Source: Streptosporangiales bacterium
Lineage (GTDB): Bacteria; Actinomycetota; Actinomycetes; Streptosporangiales; WHSR01
DNA length: 64,000 bases
Reading direction: 5' to 3'
Assembly (NCBI GenBank): GCA_009379995.1
Contig: WHSR01000010.1
Location: 18,214-82,213, forward strand
Below, piece by piece: positions 57,760 to 64,000 of the stretch; position 1 is the stretch's first letter; each line of letters starts with the position of its first letter. Under the pieces are notes generated by a model. It made no database searches. It had not been told where the DNA came from and saw only the letters and a program-made list of their open reading frames with translations. The position numbers and the translations under genes were made by a program.

Positions 57760-57901
57760 GTACGGACAGGCAACCGGAACACGGTAAGTTACCGACCAGT
57801 CGGTCCCGTGGGTCCAGTCGGTCCTGTGGACGGGCGTACCGTACGTCCGTCCGCCGGTCTTACGCTGGCACTCGACGTCGTACCCGGGAGGGAGACGACC
57901 C

Positions 57902-60049
57902 GTGGCTCTCCGGATCGCACTCGGCCTGGCCATGACGGCGGTGGGCTTCGCCGTCGCCGGGCATCGGCTGTGGTGGCTGTATCGGCTGGCCAGGCGCGGT
58001 CAGCCGGCACCGGAGCGGATCGAAGCGGTCCGGTCCGGCATCGGCGAACGGATCACGGCACAGCTCGCCGAGGTCTTCGGCCAGCGCAAGTTGCTCAAGT
58101 GGTCGCTGCCCGGTTTGGCCCACTTCTTCGTGTTCTGGGCCTTCGTGATCTTGCTCACCGTCTACATCGAGGCGTACGGCGCGCTGTTCGACCACGACTT
58201 CCACATCCCGCTCATCGGCACCTGGCCGGTACTCGGGTTCGCGCAAGACTTCATAGCCGTCGCGGCCTTCTGCGGGCTCGTCGCGTTTGGCGCGATCCGG
58301 ATCAGGACCTCCCCGAAACGGCTCGACCGCGGGTCCCGGTTCTACCGGTCGCACCTGGGCGGGGCCTGGCTGATCCTTTTCATGATCTTCAACGTCTTCT
58401 GGACCATGTTCCTGTTCCGGGGGAGCGCGATCAACACCGGCGCATTCCCGTACCGGACCGGCGCGTTCGTCTCGGAGGGCGCCGCCGCGGCGCTGGCCCC
58501 GCTCGGTGAGGGGGTGAACGGCGCGCTGGAGACGGCCGGACTGCTGGCGCACCTCGCGGTGATGCTCACCTTCCTGGTCATCATCGCCTACTCCAAGCAC
58601 CTGCACATCTTCCTGGCCCCGCTGAACGTGCTGTTCTCCCGGCGCCCGGACGGGCTCGGCCCGCTGCTGCCGATGAGGTCGAACGGCAAGGTGATCGACT
58701 TCGAGGACGCCGATCCGGACGAGGACGTCTTCGGGCGGTCCAAGGTCGAGGACTTCACCTGGAAGGGCCTCCTCGACTTCGCCACGTGCACCGAGTGCGG
58801 GCGCTGCCAGTCGCAGTGCCCGGCATGGAACACCGGCAAGCCGCTCAACCCCAAGCTGGTCATCACCGACCTGCGTGACCACGCGCTCGCCAAGGCGCCG
58901 TACATCCTCGCCAGCTCCGACGAGGAGCGGGAGAAGCTGCCGGACGAGGTCAAGGCCGAGGCGGAGCGGCCGCTGGTCGGCGACGAAGCGGCCGGCGGGG
59001 TGATCCACCCCGACGTGCTGTGGTCGTGCACGACCTGCGGCGCTTGCGTGGAGCAGTGCCCTGTCGACATCGAACACGTCGACCACATCCTGGACATGCG
59101 TCGCTACCAGGTGCTCATCGAGTCGAGCTTCCCGTCCGAGGCGAACACCCTGCTCAAGAACCTGGAGAACAAGGCCAACCCGTGGGGCCTGAACGCCGAG
59201 GCCAGGCTCGACTGGACGGAGGGTCTGGACTTCGAGGTCCCGGTCGTGGACGAGAAGGTCCCCGACGACGTCGAGTACCTGTTCTGGGTCGGGTGCGCAG
59301 GTGCCCTGGAGGACCGGGCAAAGAAGACCACCCGGGCGATCGCCGAGCTGCTGCACCTGGCCGGGGTGAAGTTCGCGGTGCTCGGCCCGATGGAGGGGTG
59401 CACCGGCGACCCCGCGCGCCGGATCGGCAACGAGTTCCTCTTCCAGATGCTCGCCCAGCAGAACGTGGAGACGCTGAACGAGGCGTTCGGGGACCGCCCG
59501 GCGAAGAAGATCGTCGCCATGTGCCCGCACTGCTTCAACACGCTGTCCCGCGAGTACCCGCAGATCGGCGGGGACTACGACGTTGTGCACCACACCCAGC
59601 TGCTGTCCCAGCTCGTCGCCGAAGGCCGGCTCACCCCGGTTACCCCGATCGAGGAGTCGATCACCTACCACGACCCCTGCTATCTCGGGCGGCACAACAA
59701 GGTCTACACCCCGCCACGGGAGATCTTGGCCAACGTGCCAGGCATGCAGGCCCGTGAGATGCATCGGTGCCGCGACCGCGGCTTCTGCTGCGGCGCCGGC
59801 GGCGCGCGGATGTGGATGGAGGAGCGGATCGGCAAGCGGGTGAACGCCGAGCGCGTCGACGAGGCGCTCGCGCTCGATCCCGATCTGGTGTCGACCGCCT
59901 GCCCGTTCTGCCTCGTCATGCTCGGCGACGCCATCGCCGAGAAGAAGCAGAGCGGCGACGCCAAGGAGTCCCTCGAGATCGTCGATGTCGCCCAGCTGCT
60001 CGTCCGCTCGGTGAGGCAGCAAGAACAGCCAGCCGAGCGCAGCAGCTGA
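57902..60049 (+). CDS. Membrane-bound (Fe-S)-binding heterodisulfide-reductase-like oxidoreductase (Rv0338c-like)
   Basis: Has N-terminal TM helices, two ferredoxin motifs (CTECGRCQSQCP and CTTCGACVEQCP) and two CCG-type Cys-rich domains. Confidence 0.8.
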   Translation: MALRIALGLAMTAVGFAVAGHRLWWLYRLARRGQPAPERIEAVRSGIGERITAQLAEVFGQRKLLKWSLPGLAHFFVFWAFVILLTVYIEAYGALFDHDFHIPLIGTWPVLGFAQDFIAVAAFCGLVAFGAIRIRTSPKRLDRGSRFYRSHLGGAWLILFMIFNVFWTMFLFRGSAINTGAFPYRTGAFVSEGAAAALAPLGEGVNGALETAGLLAHLAVMLTFLVIIAYSKHLHIFLAPLNVLFSRRPDGLGPLLPMRSNGKVIDFEDADPDEDVFGRSKVEDFTWKGLLDFATCTECGRCQSQCPAWNTGKPLNPKLVITDLRDHALAKAPYILASSDEEREKLPDEVKAEAERPLVGDEAAGGVIHPDVLWSCTTCGACVEQCPVDIEHVDHILDMRRYQVLIESSFPSEANTLLKNLENKANPWGLNAEARLDWTEGLDFEVPVVDEKVPDDVEYLFWVGCAGALEDRAKKTTRAIAELLHLAGVKFAVLGPMEGCTGDPARRIGNEFLFQMLAQQNVETLNEAFGDRPAKKIVAMCPHCFNTLSREYPQIGGDYDVVHHTQLLSQLVAEGRLTPVTPIEESITYHDPCYLGRHNKVYTPPREILANVPGMQAREMHRCRDRGFCCGAGGARMWMEERIGKRVNAERVDEALALDPDLVSTACPFCLVMLGDAIAEKKQSGDAKESLEIVDVAQLLVRSVRQQEQPAERSS

Positions 60050-60185
60050 CTCGGTCGCACCCGGTTGAGCTCGCCCGTGGGTTGAGCTTGGCCCCGGTTG
60101 AGCTTGGCCCTGGTTCAGTGTCGGCGTGTTCGTCACGCCCGCACCCTCCTGGTGCCGAACTCGCCGACACTCAACCGACCGGCTG

Positions 60186-61802
60186 TCAGACCTTTGTCCG
60201 GTGGAAGCTCCTGTACGACCGCGACGGGGTGGGGCCGCGCTGACCCTGGTACCGGGAGCCGTGTACGGCGGAGCCGTACGGGTGCTCGGCCGGCGAGCTG
60301 CAGCGGAACAGGCAGAGCTGGCCGATCTTCATGCCAGGCCACAGCTTGATCGGCAAAGTCGCCACGTTCGACAGCTCGAGCGTGACGTGCCCGGTGAAGC
60401 CGGGGTCGATCCACCCAGCCGTCGAGTGGGTGAGCAGCCCTAGCCTTCCGAGGCTCGAATTATGCGTCGGGATGTAGGTCCGGCCGGCGAGGAAGAGCCC
60501 GGTGGGTGCTGCCACCTGGATGCATCGGACCGGCCGCGGTTCGACCGGACGTACGTCGACGATCGCCCGGAACCGATGAAACCGGCCCTGCTTGAGGCGG
60601 CTCAGCTTGCGCCGCAGCCGGAAGACAGGGAGCCGTGGGGTGAACTTCACCTGGTACGCAACGCCGTGCTCGATACCGTTGAGGGTGACCCGCTTCTTCC
60701 GCTTGACTGGCCGCAGTCCGAGGCTCGCCGCCAGTTCCACGACGGCGTCGGCCAGATTCTCTCGGATGCTGGTGAACTCGCAGCGGCCGATCTCGTCGGC
60801 ATAGCCGTCGGAGTCCATGAGGCCTTGGAGCAACGCAAGCCGCTGGTCGACCGACGCCCGCAGGTACATCTCGGGAACGTACTTGTTCCGCAGAAGGGCA
60901 AGGGCCTCCATCTCTCTCGATAGCGAGCCGTCGGACACGTACTGGCCGGTGAACGTGTCGCGAAGGCGGCCTCGGCGGCGTCGCGACAGGCCCCCGATCC
61001 GGTATGCCCGGACTCTGTTGGCCGGCCAGACCGCGTACCCAGCTGCCTGGATCTCGTCGAGGATCTGCTCGTCCCCGGCGCCCACCGTCACCTCGGCCTT
61101 GGTCTCCGTCCCGTCACCGAGCCAGATGCCGAGGACGTACGGGTCGATCGGCAGGTCTTGCTCGGGATACTCCGCCGGTCCCGCGATCGGGACGTGATGG
61201 TTCCACTCGTCGCCCGCGCGCAGCGACCGCGCGAGTTCCCGCGTGGTCCGTACCCGCCCCGGCCTGCCGCGCTTGCGCTCCGACTTCATTGTGGTCAGCC
61301 ATTGGTGATCAAGGTCGGCGACGAGCGACTGGCCATCCGAGAACACGACCTCGCGGCATGCACGGTTCGTCATGATCCCCGTTGCCGCCACGACCACGGT
61401 GGCCTGCCCGCGTTCATCGAAGACCTGGTCCCCCACGCGCAGGGCGTCCATTGTGCGCCAGCCGCCGGGCGTAGGGATGGGCGTGTCGATGGCCAACGCC
61501 TTCCCCTCTAGCCGGCCGGCGACGTCGTCGGGGAGCGTCACGGCCTCGTACGTGGAGGCGAGCACGAACTCGCCGGGGTGCAGGACGAACGGCTCCTCGC
61601 CCTCGGTCTCGACGAGCCGGGTGAGGTCGGGCTGCTCGATGGCCGGGTCGATGTGCGGGTAGCGGTGGTTCTCGAACACGCGGAAGTACCGATCCAGCCG
61701 GACGTCGATGCTCGACGGCTGGACCATCTTCGGGTCGTACGGGTCGATGACGACCCGTCCCGACTCGATAGCGGTCCGGATGTCGCGGTCAGAGAGGAGC
61801 AC
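60186..61802 (-). CDS. dcd: dCTP deaminase interrupted by an intein (exteins 101 aa + 90 aa)
   Basis: The N-extein is MLLSDRDIR...VQPSSIDVRLD...HPGEFVLASTYE...DDVAGRLEGK. The C-extein is SSLGRLGLLTHSTAGWIDPGFTGHVTLELSN...YQGQRGPTPSRSY. Confidence 0.9.
   Translation of the reverse strand: MLLSDRDIRTAIESGRVVIDPYDPKMVQPSSIDVRLDRYFRVFENHRYPHIDPAIEQPDLTRLVETEGEEPFVLHPGEFVLASTYEAVTLPDDVAGRLEGKALAIDTPIPTPGGWRTMDALRVGDQVFDERGQATVVVAATGIMTNRACREVVFSDGQSLVADLDHQWLTTMKSERKRGRPGRVRTTRELARSLRAGDEWNHHVPIAGPAEYPEQDLPIDPYVLGIWLGDGTETKAEVTVGAGDEQILDEIQAAGYAVWPANRVRAYRIGGLSRRRRGRLRDTFTGQYVSDGSLSREMEALALLRNKYVPEMYLRASVDQRLALLQGLMDSDGYADEIGRCEFTSIRENLADAVVELAASLGLRPVKRKKRVTLNGIEHGVAYQVKFTPRLPVFRLRRKLSRLKQGRFHRFRAIVDVRPVEPRPVRCIQVAAPTGLFLAGRTYIPTHNSSLGRLGLLTHSTAGWIDPGFTGHVTLELSNVATLPIKLWPGMKIGQLCLFRCSSPAEHPYGSAVHGSRYQGQRGPTPSRSYRSFHRTKV
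60459..61499 (-). mobile_element. Intein (347 aa) with LAGLIDADG homing-endonuclease domain; class 3-type signature
   Basis: Starts ALAIDTPIPTPGGW and ends YIPTHN, followed by Ser+1. Block B reads DLDHQW, the LAGLIDADG motifs are VLGIWLGDGT and LLQGLMDSDGYA, and block F is VRCIQVAAPTGLFLAG. Junction codons were checked nucleotide by nucleotide. Confidence 0.85.
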
Positions 61803-61859
61803 GCGGGCAACCTACCGGTTCAGGTACGATGAGCGGGCACAGCCACCATGGTGGCGTAC

Positions 61860-61930
61860 GCGGGTGTAGTTCAATGGCAGAACGTCAGCTTCCCAAGCTG
61901 ATAGTGCGGGTTCGATTCCCGTCACCCGCT
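61860..61930 (+). tRNA. tRNA-Gly (anticodon CCC)
   Basis: Sequence GCGGGTGTAGTTCAATGGCAGAACGTCAGCTTCCCAAGCTGATAGTGCGGGTTCGATTCCCGTCACCCGCT with anticodon loop TTCCCAA. Confidence 0.9.
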
Positions 61931-61935
61931 CCGTT

Positions 61936-61970
61936 GGTCAGGCACCGAGCCGGTGTCTGACCTCTATCTT
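61936..61970 (+). terminator. Stem-loop plus T-rich tail downstream of tRNA-Gly
   Basis: Stem GGTCAGGCACCG, loop agc, stem CGGTGTCTGACC, followed by tctatcttt. Confidence 0.5.
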
Positions 61971-62164
61971 TGGCAGGCCGAACATCGATCATCGCTCCCG
62001 TTGCGGTGCACCCTGCGGCCCTGCGAACGGTACGGTGCGATGCTCCGGGGAAGACGCCCAGCCTCAATGTTGTTAGTCGGAACCGGCGATTTCACTGATG
62101 CGGTCGCGCGAGCGAGCGTCTAGCGTCCCGGACCGCAGCGGCACAAGCAGGGAGGAATCCGCGG

Positions 62165-63745
62165 ATGCGGCCAGCTAGGACCCTCGGTCGGCGGCTGGCT
62201 CCGTTGTATGCCGCTGCCTTCCTGCAGAACCTCGCGCTCTGGGTGCCGATCGAGAAGCTGTTCATGACGAGCATCGGTTTCGACGCCGCCAGCGTGGGCG
62301 TGATGGCAGCGGTGTACGCCATGGTGGTACCGATCTTCGAGGTTCCTTCGGGATTACTCGCCGATCGCTGGAGTCGTCGCGGCATGCTCATCCTCGCTTC
62401 GATCGCCGCGATCCTCAGCGTCACCATCGGCGGGCTCAGCCAGAACGTGGCGACCTACATGATCGCCGCGTTGTTCCTCGGGGTGTTCTTCGCCATGCAG
62501 TCGGGCACCTTCGAGTCGATCGTGTACGACACGGTGCTGGAGCAGACCGGCGGCAGCGAGCTATTCCAGCGGACAATCGGGCGCGTGCGGCTCGTCGAGA
62601 GCGTGGCGCTCGTCGCGAGCGCACTGGCCGGCGGAGCGATCGCGGAGTTCGCCCCATTGCGGGTGACCTACTTCTTTACTGCTCCACTGTTGGTTGGCGC
62701 ATGCCTGGTGTTGCTCGCGTTCCGGGAGCCCCGGTTGCACAAGGCGGAGGAAGCCGAATCATGGCGCCGGCAGGTGTCCACGACGTACCGCACAATCGTG
62801 CGACGCGGTCGGCTGCGCCTGGTGATTGCGCTCGCCGTGTCGGGCTCGCTGCTCATGCAGGGCATGCTGGAGTTCGGTCCACTCTGGCTGGTCGCGCTGG
62901 CCGTGCCCGCGTTCCTGTACGGCCCGCACTGGGCGGGCCTGACATCGGCCCTCGGCCTGGGAGGACTACTCGGATCGCGCCCGTGGCTGACCAAGCGGTG
63001 GGTAACCGTGCTCCTGTCAGCCGCGATGGTCGGGTGTTGCGTTGTCCTGGCATTGAGCCACTCCGCGGTGTTGGTGGTATGCGCGCAGGTCATGCTGACC
63101 CTGCTCGTGGTGGCGGTCAGCATCCCCGTCATGCGGCGACTCCACGACGCGGTGCCATCGACCATCCGCGCCGGGGTGGCATCGGGTGTCGGCACGCTGA
63201 CGTGGCTCACGTTCGTGCCGTTTGCACTGGCGATCGGTTTCGTCAGCGACAGGGTGGGCGTCTCCAACGCCGGGTGGATGCTGGTGGCGATCGCGGCCGC
63301 GACCGGGATCCTGATCATCGCTGTACTACCCGGAGCTCCACTCGAGCCGCTGCGGCCGCCAGCTGCGGTGCCGGCACCTGCGCCAAAGGAGGTCGAGCCG
63401 ACGTTCACCGCGGAGAGGTTCCTGCCGGCCGACGATCCGGAATGGCCCGGCCACTGGTCGGTCCCGCCCCTCGCCTGGGAGGACCTTGGGATTCGGGTCG
63501 ACGGTGACGAGGCGCTTTCGGAGGTGCGAGCGGCTATCGTCGAGATGCCACCGGGACTGCGGCAGGTCATCGTGCTGCGTGACGTCGAAGGAGGCTCACC
63601 GTCCGACGTGCAGGAAGCGCTCGGTATCAGCCCTGAGGATGAGCGAGCACGCCTACATCAGGCTCGCGGACTCGTCCGTGCCCGGCTGGAGCGCCACTTC
63701 GAAGGGAGGACGCATGAGCGGGGAGCAGCACGAAGAGGCGACTGA
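62165..63745 (+). CDS. MFS transporter (~400 aa) fused in frame to the linker and sigma-4 region of an ECF sigma factor
   Basis: The N-terminal part has 12 TM helices. From ~63392 it reads VEPTFTAERFLPADDPEWPGHWSVPPLAWEDL...MPPGLRQVIVLRDVEGGSPSDVQEALGISPEDERARLHQARGLVRARLERHF, an ECF region 4 HTH. No sigma-2 region appears in any frame. Confidence 0.7.
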   Translation: MRPARTLGRRLAPLYAAAFLQNLALWVPIEKLFMTSIGFDAASVGVMAAVYAMVVPIFEVPSGLLADRWSRRGMLILASIAAILSVTIGGLSQNVATYMIAALFLGVFFAMQSGTFESIVYDTVLEQTGGSELFQRTIGRVRLVESVALVASALAGGAIAEFAPLRVTYFFTAPLLVGACLVLLAFREPRLHKAEEAESWRRQVSTTYRTIVRRGRLRLVIALAVSGSLLMQGMLEFGPLWLVALAVPAFLYGPHWAGLTSALGLGGLLGSRPWLTKRWVTVLLSAAMVGCCVVLALSHSAVLVVCAQVMLTLLVVAVSIPVMRRLHDAVPSTIRAGVASGVGTLTWLTFVPFALAIGFVSDRVGVSNAGWMLVAIAAATGILIIAVLPGAPLEPLRPPAAVPAPAPKEVEPTFTAERFLPADDPEWPGHWSVPPLAWEDLGIRVDGDEALSEVRAAIVEMPPGLRQVIVLRDVEGGSPSDVQEALGISPEDERARLHQARGLVRARLERHFEGRTHERGAARRGD

Positions 63746-63986
63746 TCAGCGCTGCATCGAGTTGGTCGAGTTGCTGACGGCGTATCTCGACGACGCGCTG
63801 ACCGACGACATACGTACGCAGTTCGAGGAGCATCTCGAAGGCTGCGCAGGCTGCCAGGCCGCCCTCGCGCAATGGCGAACGGTCGCCGGACTCGCCGGCC
63901 GGCTAAGCGCAGAGGACGTGGCAAACCTCGACCCGTACGTCCGTGATCGCCTGATGGCGACCCTCGTCATACCGCGGCGTCGCTGA
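63714..63986 (+). CDS. Anti-sigma factor, zf-HC2 (ZAS) type, short soluble form
   Basis: Contains CIELVELLTAYLDDAL...FEEHLEGCAGCQ (HxxxCxxC). An RBS (GGGAGGA) is present and the start overlaps the upstream ORF by 32 nt. Confidence 0.7.
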   Translation: MSGEQHEEATDQRCIELVELLTAYLDDALTDDIRTQFEEHLEGCAGCQAALAQWRTVAGLAGRLSAEDVANLDPYVRDRLMATLVIPRRR

Positions 63987-64000
63987 AGCGCCCGAGCGCA

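Noticed and set aside
60063-60120. Tandem repeats considered as a mini CRISPR array
   Set aside because: The units are directly adjacent with no spacers and are only 16-17 nt long. No cas genes are present, so this is a simple tandem repeat.

Overview
This is a high-GC actinobacterial chromosomal segment, called from composition, codon bias and gene content. No similarity search was possible.

**Conserved core genes**
- Purine biosynthesis: purA, purD, purB, purC.
- A MurA-like enzyme and corA.
- A contiguous heat-shock block on the minus strand: dnaK-grpE-dnaJ-hspR-clpB.
- An Rv0338c-like Fe-S reductase and dcd.

**Accessory or decaying segments, mostly next to tRNA genes**
1. 1-3.8 kb is the end of an integrated element. 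It holds an IS1634-type transposase fragment and a 5'-truncated DNA methyltransferase that share one breakpoint. A large serine recombinase ORF follows and reads through tRNA-Glu(TTC).
2. 12.6-25.6 kb starts at tRNA-Lys(TTT). It carries a low-GC3 SAM methyltransferase and a LysR-controlled aromatic ring-cleavage operon. A run of inactivated genes follows:
   - a PPOX gene with an internal deletion
   - an MFS gene broken by a 5-bp tandem duplication
   - an FAD monooxygenase with a deletion and frameshift
   - a TetR::MBL chimeric remnant
3. 48.5-49.3 kb is a degraded AAA-ATPase/RloB defence-type module next to clpB.
4. 61.9-64 kb starts at tRNA-Gly(CCC). It has an MFS transporter fused in frame to the sigma-4 half of an ECF sigma factor, followed by a ZAS anti-sigma gene.

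**Strongest single observation**
dcd is interrupted by a 347-aa intein. The intein has two LAGLIDADG motifs and the Ala1 / block-B Trp / block-F Cys / block-G Thr signature of class 3 inteins.

**Other observations**
- A family of about 63-bp palindromic elements has three copies. Two of them supply the 3' ends and stop codons of glpQ-like and purD ORFs.
- An unrelated perfect 29-bp AT-rich palindrome supplies the C-terminus of a frameshifted GGDEF gene.

No rRNA genes or CRISPR arrays were seen. Many long ORFs in the track are antisense or out-of-frame shadows typical of high-GC DNA and were not called. All start codons are approximate unless an RBS is noted.
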